DNA of 64,000 nt, taken from assembly GCF_018977255.1 (NCBI RefSeq), contig NW_024704742.1, positions 5,768,001-5,832,000 on the forward strand. Reading direction: 5' to 3'. The DNA is from Callorhinchus milii (taxonomy: Eukaryota). Every line of letters starts with the position of its first letter. Position 1 is the stretch's first letter. The notes below the pieces were generated by a model that worked only from the letters and a program-made list of their open reading frames with translations, had not been told where the DNA came from and did not search any database. Shown here one piece after another: positions 52,176-63,687 of the stretch. Position numbers and translations under genes: made by a program.

Positions 52176-52393
52176 GAGACGTCCCAAAGCGCTTCTCAGG
52201 ATACGCCGTGAAGCGAATTGACTGTGTGTATCTGTGGGCGAAACGCGGCAGCCGATGGCGCACAGCGCCGTCCCGTCCCCCCCCCACACACACACAGTCG
52301 GGGGTGGGGTGACCGCCTACTTTTCAGATCGGGGGTTAGTTACCCCCAGAAAAGCCGTCCGTCCCCATCTCTCACCTCCCACTCCTCTCCTCC

Positions 52394-52696
52394 GAGTCCT
52401 GTGGCTCAGTGGTTAGAGCACTCGCTTTGCAACCGAGAGACCTGAGTTCAATTCCGGGCAGAGGGCGAAACCTTGGGCAAGTTTCCTTACTCCACACAGA
52501 GCCTAATAATAATCCCTCCAAAACAAAACAATAATAAATTGGTCATTTTCAATCCACGACTGTTTGTGGGACATTGCTGTGCGCAATTGGCTGCCGCGTT
52601 CGCCCACAAATATACAGTCAATTCACTTTACAGTGTGTTCTGTGAAGCGCTTTGGGACGTCCGCCCGACGTGAAAAGCGCTATATCAAATGCAAGG

Positions 52697-52732
<36 letters not shown>
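52394..52732 (+). mobile_element. Full-length tRNA-derived SINE (same young subfamily)
   Basis: Nearly identical to 32218-32543, with a (TTA)~12 tail. Confidence 0.92.
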
Positions 52733-54160
52733 GAGGTCCTGGTACGAGTCGTCGCGTCCCAGCTCCGCTCCTTTCTCTCTCGCCATTCCCTCTTTGAACC
52801 CCTCCAATCCGGGTTCCGCACTGCCCACAGCACAGAAACAGCCCTGGGGGTCACAGTCACTAATGACATTCTGAACATCTGTGATCAGGGCTCCCTCTGC
52901 CTCCTTGTCCTCCTCCACCTCTTTGCCGCCTTCGACACTGTCAAACACTCCATCCTCCTACACCGCCTCTCCGTTTTACTCAATCATCACGGACCTGCCC
53001 TTGCCTGGTTCAATTCCTATCTCTCTCACCGTCTCCACTTCGTTTCCTCTAACGGTTTCTCCTCCAGTCCCCACACGGTCACATCTGGCGTTCCCCAGGG
53101 CTCTGTCCTTGACCCTCTCCGCTTTAATATCTAAATGCTCCCCCTTGGTGACATCATCCGCAGACATGGGACAATTTCCACATGTATGCAGATGACACCC
53201 AACTCTATCTTTCGGCCTCCACCCTCAACTCCGGGACCACTGCTGTCCTGACAGACTGCCTGTCGGACATCAAGCCCTGGATGAGGGCAAATTTCCTACA
53301 GTTGAATGTGAACAAGACTGAGGGTCTCCTGATTGGCTCACGCCAGCGCCTCTACACCTCAGGCTCTGGCAACATCACCCTCCATGGTTGCACACTACAC
53401 AACTCACCAGCCAGTCAGGAACCTCGGTGTCTTGTTCGACCCTCAACTGTCTTTTCTCCCCCACATTCAAGCCATGACCCGCTTTGCCTTTCCTCACCTC
53501 CATAACATCACCCGACTCCTCCACTACCTCACCCCTCAGGCGCTGAAACTCTTGTTCATGCCTTCATCACCTCCAGGATCGACTATGCAAACTCCCCGCT
53601 TGTCAGCCTTCCCAACCACTCCCTCCACAGGCTGCAGATAATCCAGAACTCTGCAGCCCGTGTCCTCTCCCGCACCAAACTCCGTGACCCCATCTCCCCC
53701 ACTCTCGCCCGACTCCATTGGCTCCCTATCCTTCAGAGGATCCAGTTCAAGATCCTGGTCCTCACATACAAAGCCCTCCATGGCCTCGCACCACCCTACC
53801 TCTGCGACCGCCTAACCCCCTACCAACCCGCCCGCTCTCTCCGCTCAGCCGGCTCTGGCCTGCTCCACGTCCCCCAACCCACCCGCCCCGCCATTGGTGG
53901 GAGAGCCTTCAGCCACTCTGCCCCCAACCTCTGGAATTCCATCCCCCAATCACTCCACTTCGTCCCCTCCTTATCCTCCTTCAAATCTCGCCTCAAGACC
54001 CTCCTCTTCGACTATGCCATCGGCCACCTCCCTTCCCCTCCCTTCCCCCCCTCCCCCACCAATCCCAGTTTGGGTCTGAAGTGCTGTACTCTGTCCAGCG
54101 CCTTGGGACGTCCTCCTGACGTGAAAGGCGTGATACAAATGTAATCTGGTCGTTGTTGTT
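52733..54160 (+). mobile_element. L2-clade LINE, 5'-truncated and decayed (RT to 3' tail)
   Basis: [40 protein letters not shown] and FSHSAPNLWNS motifs with stops and frameshifts. 3' tail agcgccttgggacgtcctcctgacgtgaaaggcg followed by (GTT)n. Confidence 0.93.
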
Positions 54161-55002
54161 GAGTCTTGCCTTTCCCTGTCTATTTGTATTTGGAATCTAA
54201 TTATGATCAATGTTCCCAAAATGTATTCCCCACCTCCAGATTAGGTACTTGTCCCACTTCATTCCCCCAAACTAAATCGAGCACTGCCTCCTCTCTTGAG
54301 GTAACCCAGTGAATAGGTTAACGAATGGTAGGTTAATTTTAAAGTTGTACTTAATTCAAGGTACTGTAATGTATCCTTCGGATGAGACGTTAAACCAAGG
54401 TCCTGTCTGCCTGTTCAGGTGGAAGTTCCCATGGCACTAAGCGAAAAGAGAAGGGAGTTTCTCTCTGTCCTGACCAACAATTCCCCCAAATACAACTGGT
54501 CAGTCACTTCATGGCAGTTTGTGGGGCATTGCTAAGTGGGTAAATTGATTCCCTATTTACCTGCAAATCGCACAAAGGTTAAGAAGCACTTTAAGATGTT
54601 ATAGATGTTGTCGCAAATGCAAGTACCTATTATTTAAGAAAATGGCAATGGGGAGGGGAAAATAGAAATCCACCCTCTCAGTCACCATTTTCAATGCAAA
54701 CTGGTTGCAAAAATTGCACACGTTAAGCACTAAGCATCTGCAGTCTGACTGATCCAGTTTGCCAGGTAATAATAATAATAATCCTTGCATTTGATGTAGC
54801 GCTTTTCACGTCTTCTCGACGTCTCAAAGCGCTTCACAGAATATACTGTAAAGTGAATTGACTGTATATTTGTGGGGGTAGCACATGACACAGGCTTGGC
54901 ATTAGAACCAATTCAAATGCTTCATTCCCTTTGAACACCGATCAGAGCTCTACTTCTGGGTGAAAGACCAATAAATAGAAAACATTTCAGTAAAAGGCTG
55001 TT

Positions 55003-55008
55003 TTTATT
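55003..55008 (-). terminator. Candidate poly(A) signal of PPP1R3B
   Basis: AATAAA on the minus strand ~830 nt after the stop codon, followed by a U-rich tract. Confidence 0.45.
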
Positions 55009-55838
55009 GCACGTAGTGATTCGATGAATTGGGGAAGGAGGTGGGGAGCAAGAGGGAACTGAAAGAAAAAAACAGCAATTTCATTCCAAGTTCATTGAAG
55101 TTCCTTACAGTAAAAGAAAAACTGTTCTCACACTTTCCGAAAGGTCAAAATTGAATATCTTCCTTTTTGGTCTGTGGTCATAAAACAATTGTGAGGCACA
55201 GGTTTAAATTAAACGTTGGTGCTGCATGATGATCCCACCAGCAAGATTTTCACTCAGACACAAAACAATTTATTCAGTTCCATTTAGTCACAAAGAGACA
55301 AAGTTCCATTTCGAGTACGACTAAAAACTGGGATGATTGAAACGATACAACATATCTGGATTGATTGAAGATACCTTGAATAAAGAGGCTGCTTCCGGAA
55401 AAAAAAATCTGCAAAGTTCACTAGAGAGCTGAAACAGTAATAATAATAATCCTTGCACGTAACACAGCGCCTTATCACGACTTTGAGACGTCTCAAGCTG
55501 CTTCACAGAAACTGTATTTTGTGGGCGAATCATGTAATCACGAAGACACAGCATGGCCTCTTGCTTAAAGAGGCAATAACTGGCATTTAAATCCTCAGAA
55601 GGCACCGTTCGTTCCATATATATATTTTTTAAAAATAGAATTTACAACAAGTGGCAACGAGCAAGAGAAACCCTGGCTTTAAATATGAACATTTAAAACG
55701 TTTGAATATTCTGATCATTATTGTCAGCAGAACTTCCCTTCCGTATCCCATGTTCGCGACTGAAGCACGTAGAGCAGCAGAGGCAGGGCATACTCTAATC
55801 TCGACGAACACAAAGGTGACAGACTCAATTAATCCTGG

Positions 55839-56704
55839 TTAATAATAGGGTCCCTTATTTTCATAGTCTGTGTAGCTGGGCCATTCAGGGAACACACCGT
55901 AGGAGCACCTTAGACCACCATACTGATCAAACTCCATCCCATACCCAGGCAGATGGTGGGCTTCAGCTAATATAGCATCCAGTGGCTGGGTGGGTTTGGT
56001 TGTCTCCGTAGCACATTTCAGCTCCGATCTTATTATTCTGTAATTTTGCCCCAAGTTGCTGTCCCACCAAGTTTTCCCCTCACTTTCATAACGAATTGCA
56101 AATTCCACCCTTTCATGCGGGGCAATGTATTCTGGCAAATGAATTCAAAGGCAAAAGTGTCTCGATCTGACCCGCCGTACGGGTCAAGGACATAGCGGCA
56201 GTCATGCTCTCGGAAACTCTTCCAAGTGTCAAACGTTATCCTCACTTTCAAAGATTTTTCGAACGCCAGGTTTTTCACCTTGACCGTTCCCACAATGAGC
56301 TTGTCCTCTAACATACAGTTTTCGAGGCAGACGGTGTCAGATTCCAGACGTTTCTCAAAGTCCACGTAATCTGCTGTCGGTTGGTCAAAGTCCAACAACA
56401 GACTGTCTTTGTCTACAGTCTTGAGGCTTAACAAATTACTGATCAGTTCATTTATACGAAAGGAAATATCAAACTCATTCAGGTCGAACAACTTCACTGA
56501 AGTCAGTGGCAGGCCTTTGCTGTCGGCAAAGGAAACCCTTTTGTGCTCCTTGGTTCTGTGATTAGTTTCTGGTGAATCCTCGTTGATGTGAAGGTGGATA
56601 CAGGGCCGCAGAGGCTTGTTTACATACATCGATCTCTTGGTTCTGTAACTTACTCTTTGAATTGGAGCGTGCATATATAGCTGCATGGCTACATCAACTG
56701 GCAT
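55839..56704 (-). CDS. PPP1R3B: PPP1R3B (glycogen-targeting PP1 subunit GL), single coding exon with an apparent 1-nt frameshift at ~56139
   Basis: RVxF motif KRVSFAD and CBM21 motifs GTVKVKNLAFEK and WDSNLGQNY. The C-terminus CSYGVFPEWPSYTDYENKGPYY is PPP1R3B-like rather than PPP1R3C-like. The gene neighbours ERI1 and MFHAS1. Acceptor ccctcag| at 56733/56732. The coding sequence is split over two overlapping ORFs. Confidence 0.9.
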
Positions 56705-57562
56705 AGTGGATCAAGCGAACACTTCAAGCCCACTGAGGGGAAAAGAAGAAAAAAAAGGGTTAATTATTTCAAGCTGATGAGCGAAAGCACCAAATGTAAT
56801 GAGTTTCAGGACGTGGGAGATAAAATTAGTACAAGCCTTTATTTTGGGGGGTCATTTTGGCCCCTTCTTGAAAGCATGGACCCCAAGAATCGGGTGCTTC
56901 CCTCCTCTCTTTGAAGGTTCGCATCACCGTACCTCTTTGCCCACGCTTTCAGTCATCTCTCCTCTCCTCCCCTCTCTCTCTCTCTCTCTCTCTCTCAGCT
57001 CCAGTGCCCAGCCAGAACTGTCAAGCGCTTTGGGATGTTCTCCCAACGTGAAAGGCGTACAAGTATAAATTGTATCCTAAGATACAAATCGCTAAAATCA
57101 TTAGTGAGACACTACTTGTGAGTACGGTGTCATATAAATGCAAGCTGTAAAATAATAATAATAATACAGTGGATTGCCTGTATTTTGTGAGCGAAACTCG
57201 GCATCCAGTTTGCGCACAGCAATGTCCCACAAACAGACGTGAAGTGAATGATCAATTTTATTTGATCATTCACGCTATACAAATGTAATCTTGTTGTTGT
57301 TGCATATGTTAAGACACCCGGCTAACAAAAAAAATCATATGTATTCTGAAGTCTCATCTGCTTGATCAGGTGGATTTTAAAGATCCAATGGCACTTCAAA
57401 AAGACAAGAGAGTTTTCCTGGTGTCCTGATCAGTAATTCCCCAGATTAAAAAAAACGGTTGATCACTCCCAAGGCTGTTTCTGGGACATTGCTGTGTGCA
57501 AATTGGCTGTTGCATCTTCTTACAATATTCAGAAAACTCTTTGGGACATTTTAGTATGATAA

Positions 57563-59408
57563 AACAGTACTTTTAGAAGCACATAAAGGAAAAAAAGGTT
57601 AGTTAAAGGTAGGGTGGGGCCAATCAAAGACAATGACGGCCATCTTGTTGTGGAGGCAGAGGACATGCCTGATGTACTGAACGAGTACTTTTCACCTGTC
57701 TTCACAACGGAAACAGATGCCCCAGATGCCATAGTATTGGATGACAGGGTAGAGGACATAGATCAGATTACTATAGACAGAGAGAAAGTTCTGAAAAGAT
57801 TGACTGGGCTCAAAATTGATAAGTCACCAGGACCAGATGGGTTTGACCCAAGGTTGCTGTGGGAGATATGGGTTCAAATAGCGGAGGCTTTGGCCATTAT
57901 ATTTCGATCGTCATTGGACACAGGAGTGGTGCCAAGAGACTGGAGAGTGGCTAATGTTACCCCACTCTACAAAAAGGGGCATAAAGAAAAGCTCGGAAAT
58001 TACAGGCCAGTCAGCCTAACTTCGGTAATAGGAAAGCTACTGGAGACCGTAATCCGGGACAGAATAAATCTCTACTTAGAGGAACACGAGGTAATTAGAG
58101 ACCCCCAACATGGATTTGTTAAAGGCAAATCTTGCCTAACAAATCTAATAGAATTTTTTGAAGAGGTGACTGTGAGGGTTGATGAGGGAAATGCGGTGGA
58201 CATTATTTACATGGATTTTAAAAAGGCTTTTGACACAGTACCGCATAAGAGGTTAATAAAAAAACTGGAGGCCCACGGTATTAAGGGGACAGTAGCCGTT
58301 TGGATTAGGAACTGGCTGAGTGACAGAATGCAGAGGGTGGTGGTTAATGGGTGTTTCTCGCAATGGAAGGAGGTGTGCAGCGGTGTCCCCCAGGGATCGG
58401 TATTGGGACCACTGCTCTTTCTAATATATATTAATGATCTGGACTTGGGCATAGAGAGCACTATTTCCAAGTTTGCAGATGATACCAAGTTAGGTAGGGT
58501 AGTAAATAGTGAAGAAGATTGTGACGGACTGCAGGCAGACATACACAGAATGGTGGAATGGGCTGACATGTGGCAGATGGATTTCAATGTAGATAAGTGT
58601 GAGGTGATACACTTAGGTAGGAAAAATGATAGGAGGCAATATAGACTTGGTAGCTCAATCTTAAGGGGGGTGAACGTACAGAGAGATCTGGGCGTTCAAG
58701 TAAGCGATTCATTGAAGGTGGCAGAGCAGGTAGATAGGGCAGTAAAAAGGGCATTTGGTGTACTGAGCTTCATTAGTAGGGGCATAGAGTATAAGAGTAG
58801 GGGTTATGCTTAATCTGTACAAAACACTGGTTAGGCCTCAGCTGGAGTACTGCGTCCAGTTCTGGGCACCTTACCTCAGGAAGGATATTAAGGCACTGGA
58901 AAGGGTGCAGAGGAGATTCACGAGAATGATACCAGGAATGGGGAACCTTAGCTATGAGGACAGGCTGGAGAAGTTAGGACTTTTCCCATTAGAGCAGAGA
59001 AGGTTACGCGGGGACCTGATAGAGGTCTTCAAGATCATGAAAGGTTTCGACAGGCGAGATAGGGAAAAGCTGTTTCCACTGGTAGGTGTGTCTGTGACTC
59101 GTGGTCACAGTCTTAAGATATCTACCAAAAGAAGCAGAGGGGAGGTTAGAAGGAATGTTTTCACTCAGCGAGTTGTTAGAATTTGGAATGATCCGCCCGA
59201 AAGGGCAGTGAAGTCCAATTCGATAACAGCTTTTAAGAGAGAACTGGATAGGTATCTGGAGAAGACAGGTTTGCAGAGTTATGGGGAGAAAGTTGGTGAG
59301 TGGGGTTAATAAAAGTCAGTTGCTCTGTCAAAGAGCCGCACAGACTCGATGGGCCGAATGGCCTCCTTCTGTGCCGTAACATTCTATGATACTATGATTC
59401 TATGATAA
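57563..59408 (+). mobile_element. CR1 LINE, 5'-truncated (ORF2 reverse transcriptase + 3' UTR), relatively young
   Basis: [43 protein letters not shown] and LEYCVQFWAP motifs. One frameshift at ~58803, an (ATTCTATG)-type tail, and flanking TATGATAA duplication. Confidence 0.95.
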
Positions 59409-59411
59409 GGC

Positions 59412-59720
59412 ACTATATCAAATGTAAGAATTCTTCTTATTATTATCGAATGTAAGAATTATCATTAATATCAAATGTAAGAAATATTATTACCCAGTGT
59501 AAGAATTATTATTATTATCGAATGTAAGAATTATCATTAATATCAAATGTAAGAAATATTATTACCCAATGTAAGAATTATTATTATCGAATGTAAGAAT
59601 TGTTATTATCAAATGTAAGAATTATTATTATCAAATGTAAGAATTGTTATTATCAAATGTAAGAATTATTATTATCAAATGTAAGAATTATTATTATCGA
59701 ATGTAAGAATTATTATTATT
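59412..59720. repeat. AT-rich minisatellite ATCAAATGTAAGAATTATTATT (~13 units of 22-25 bp)
   Basis: Tandem copies of a SINE terminal motif. Confidence 0.92.
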
Positions 59721-60400
59721 TATCTGGAAGCCTTAGCATTTCCCTACAGCGAGAACAGTATCCTGCTGCCTACAAATGAAAGTAAAATAATCAATATACA
59801 ATATATACTCACATAGCTCCCACCTTAACAGATTGCCACATCCACACCAGAGACACAAATTGCCCAGAGCCTGATTCTCTACCAATCCACAAAACATAGC
59901 AACGCCAAAACATCAAGTGAGTTTCGTTTTTTTCCTCCCCTGTAGGTAGAACTCTTCCCCCATATCGTGGGGAAAATGACACGGGGAAAGGTTCTTCGCA
60001 CAGGGGGAAGGGGGGAAAAAATGTGCACAATGGCTTTTTTTTAATAAAAAAAAATCGGTGCAAAATGGCAATTCCTGGATCAGAAATGATGAGGTTGGGG
60101 TGAGATCAAAAAAAAAAGACAACTCAACTCAATTCAGTGTTTTAGGGCAAAATGTTTTAGGGTTAGGGTTAGGATTGCTGTCTCGGGTCTTTATAATAAT
60201 AATAATAATTTGTTTCCTTGTTTCCTTGTTGCGAGCGATCTGCTGGGTCTGCTTCAGGATAGAGTTATCCATTTTCCCTGTAAATAGTTAGGTCACTACA
60301 TAGAACATTCGAATAGGGAAATCTCAGATGCCAAGCTCTCACCCGGTCATTCATTCATTAATAATAACAATAATAACACCACTGGTGACTATTCACTTAC

Positions 60401-60645
60401 ATGTTTGGGAAATATATGTGTGTACGTTGTTGTTGGTCAATGGAGGAAGGAGATGGGAGGTGTAAAGCCAAGTTACAAACGCCGGCAAAACTACGATCAG
60501 AAATGTCGGTCTGTGTGTGGAAGTCAGAACACTAACATAGTCAGAAGCCACTTCCTCCTCCTCGAAGGTTTTTAGTAACCACTCGCACAGAAAACAGTCA
60601 AACAGGAAACTGCAGCGGGAGTGCAACCAGCTGTCCTCAGCTTTA
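60401..60645 (-). other. PPP1R3B: Candidate non-coding first exon of PPP1R3B
   Basis: Strong donor CAT|gtaagt at 60401/60400 in unique sequence upstream of the coding-exon acceptor. The 5' boundary is a guess. Confidence 0.4.
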
Positions 60646-61185
60646 CTTACACACTTTACACACTTACACAGGGCAATCCATAGCTTCACTTGCACACTTA
60701 CACAGGGCAATCCATAGCTTCACTTGCACTCTTACACAGGGCAATCCATAGCTTCTCTTACACACTTACACAGGGCAATCCATAGCTGCTCTTACACACT
60801 TACACAGGGCAATCCATAGCTTCACTTGCACTCTTACACAGGGCAATCCATAGCTTCACTTGCACACTTACACAGGGCAATCCATAGCTGCTCTTACACA
60901 CTTACACAGGGCAATCCATAGCTGCTCTTACACACTTACACAGGGCAATCCATAGCTTCTCTTACACTTTTACACAGGGCAATCCATAGCTTCTCTTACA
61001 CTCTTACACAGGGCAATCCATAGCTGCTCTTACACACTTACACAGGGCAATCCATAGCTTCTCTTACACACTTACACAGGGCAATCCATAACTTCTCTTG
61101 CACACTTACACAGGGCAATCCATAGCCTTACTTACGCGGGGAAATACACAATGCATAGCTTTACTTACAAGGGTGCAATTCATGG
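60645..61185. repeat. 34-bp minisatellite CACACTTACACAGGGCAATCCATAGCTTCACTTG x14, plus degenerate flanks
   Basis: GGGCAATCC recurs every 34 bp from 60671 to 61113. Confidence 0.96.
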
Positions 61186-61999
61186 CTGTGTGCAGCAGAG
61201 CTCAGGGGGTGGGGGAGGCCAGTTGGCTCCCAGCCTCTCACTCAGTCACTCTCCCTCCCACCAGTGATTGACAGGCCACTGTAGCCACTGTAGCCACTGG
61301 CCTCCTCATCCAATCAGAGACTGTGCCAAGTGCCAAGTCTGGTTCCTTGTCAGGGAGGCTCACTGAGCCTCACTCTGCTTTTTGGTCAGACCCCAGCAGA
61401 AGCCCATCACTGTGCATAAAGAGTATCCGAACCAAGCTGAGAATTCCCTGCGTCCCGCCTACACATGGAAATCCCAGAGACAGATTATTGGAATGGATGC
61501 GCGCTCTCTCCCTGGAGGGATGCATCCTGTTTACCTAATTCCAGAAAGTACTTTGCGCAGGTTGGCGAGACACAAGGCTTGGGGACCCCAGGGTGTGCAT
61601 TGGGGTAACTGCTGGAGTCTAACCAGCTAAGACCCCATAACTTGCCATTGAAAGCACTAGCTGGCAAACTTTCCCTCTGCTTGTCCAGCTAGGACCAGCT
61701 TACCCATTAGGGCTGTGCCTTGCAGAGTTAACAGAAGGTGCCATCAATTCTGGCATTCCATTGCCAAATATGTCACCTTGGAGCCAGTTCAGTTGGCGGA
61801 TGTCTTACTTCAGTGAGGTGAGAGGACCTTTGTAGTACAGCTTGTGACGTGCCAGCCACCTTGATGTTCTTCAGGTCCAGGACCGATTACACTGCACAGT
61901 GACATCCTGGAGACTTCCGCACACACAAGTTAACTGTGTCGGCCAGCAAGGGGCAAAGCACTAATTAGATGGGTGGATGGCCAGTGTGCGGAAGTCTCC

Positions 62000-62270
62000 T
62001 AAACCATTTAGAAGTGAAATCAGGAGGCATTCTTTCACCCAAAGGGTAGTGGTAAATCTGAAACTCTCTCCCCCAAAAGGCTGTGGATGCTGGATCCATT
62101 CACATCTTCAAGACTGAGGTGGACAGATATTTGTTAGGTCAGGGTATCAAGGGATATGGGGCAAGGGCGGGTAATTGGACTTGAGGTACAGATCAGCCAT
62201 GATCTTATAGAATGGTCGAACAGGCTCAAGAGGCTGAATAGTCTACTCCTGTTCCTATGTTTCTATGTTC
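62000..62270 (+). mobile_element. CR1 3' end fragment
   Basis: ttcacccaaagggtagtgg...gatcagccatgatcttatagaatgg...ctactcctgttcctatgtttctatgttcct; a related piece lies at ~38070-38185. Confidence 0.8.
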
Positions 62271-63687
62271 CTTTGACTCCTCTCCACTACCCGCTCCCTT
62301 CGCTCAGCTGTCTCCGGCTTCCTGCATGTCCCTCGTCTCTTCCACTCCACCATCGGGCAACCATGCTTTCAGCCGCTGTACCCTGAGACTCTGGAACTCT
62401 CTGCCTCAATCCCTCAGCCTTGCCCCCTCCTTGTCCATCTTCAGATCACACCTGAAAACCTTTCTCTTTGACCGTCTCTGCAATCATGTTTCCCCTTTCT
62501 CTGGCCTTGGTGTCAAGCTCTGCCACAGTTAAGCGCTTAAGATGCTACCCTGTCTGATGGGGGTTAGATAGATGCAAGTTTTTATTGGTGATGCTTTGAG
62601 TCATTCTGACAGATAAAAGCATTATAAAAAGATTAATTTGGAGTTGAAGAAGGACATCTTCTTCAATATAAACACAGAAGTCGCTGGCAACACGCAGCAG
62701 GTCAGGCAGCATCCATGGAGAGAGGAAACTGAGTTAACAGTTTCAGTTCAATGACCTTTCGCGAGGACATTTGTTTAGTCAAGTGTTTTGTTTAGCTCTA
62801 TTTATAAATGCCTCACAAAGTATTGACATGGTAGGTGATAAGTTATAAGTTAACTCAACTAGCACCCCTTGTCTCTTTCAGCTTTCCCCTCTTGGCAGAT
62901 TTATCCCATCCAGCGAGTACTTTTATTTTCTATTTTTTTTACTTCTTATATGCAGTTTCCATTTATTTGTGTTAAACTTAAATTGTCATTCACTATCTGA
63001 CGTGTATATCCTATCAAGCTGTCATTGCAAAACCTTTTCGAATTCCACAGTTCCTTCCAACTTGGTGTGATATTTCCCCTAATTTGGAATAATCTTTCCA
63101 GCATCGATCACAAAAGATTGCAATCAATGTGAATTATGTCCTAGGGGAGGGGTGGGGGATAAAACAATTGTAGTGATCTTACTGTGAGCCTGGCTGAGCT
63201 TAGCTAACATTTAACAGCACATACATAGGTACCCAAGCAAAGACTTTCCTGCTCTCGGATCCAGTTCTATCCTGGGAGATGCAATTGGGTCACTGAGAAG
63301 CAAACATTTACTAATTGTGTCAGTGTTTGTCTAAGTGTCTACCTTTGTGTGTCTCAGTGGCACCACAAAATAAAGTCAACAAATTGAGAAGGAACTGAAC
63401 TATATGTGCTCTTACTACTCAAGGTTGGTAGCGAGGCCACTTTTCAACATTTATTAACTGCAATATAAATAAAATATCACCAAAAAGGCAGGTAGCCACA
63501 AAACTTAAATTCAGTCCATGAAACGTTGTTAAAGCAAAGTTTCTGGAGCTGTACCTTATAATTGAAGGGTGATTGCATGTTAAGAATATTGGTTGCATTT
63601 GATACAGTCCATAATGTTGAAAGTCCTTCATGGGCAATTGCTGACAAATATACTTACTGTATTTGTAGGCAGACACATTTTAATATA

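Noticed and set aside
56130..56146. Programmed ribosomal frameshift in PPP1R3B
   Set aside because: No X XXY YYZ slippery heptamer or evident stimulatory structure; a simple indel is more parsimonious.
55839..56704. PPP1R3C assignment suggested by the N-terminal MPVDVAM
   Set aside because: The C-terminal tail (CSYG.FPEWPSY..YE..GPYY) and the ERI1/MFHAS1 neighbourhood fit PPP1R3B.
56772..56800. CTGATGAGCGAAAGC hammerhead-like motif
   Set aside because: No stem II between the boxes and no plausible stems I or III; likely chance.
60645..61185. Regular 34-bp (and 31-bp) repeats resembling a CRISPR array
   Set aside because: Head-to-tail units with no unique spacers, no cas genes, and a vertebrate context.
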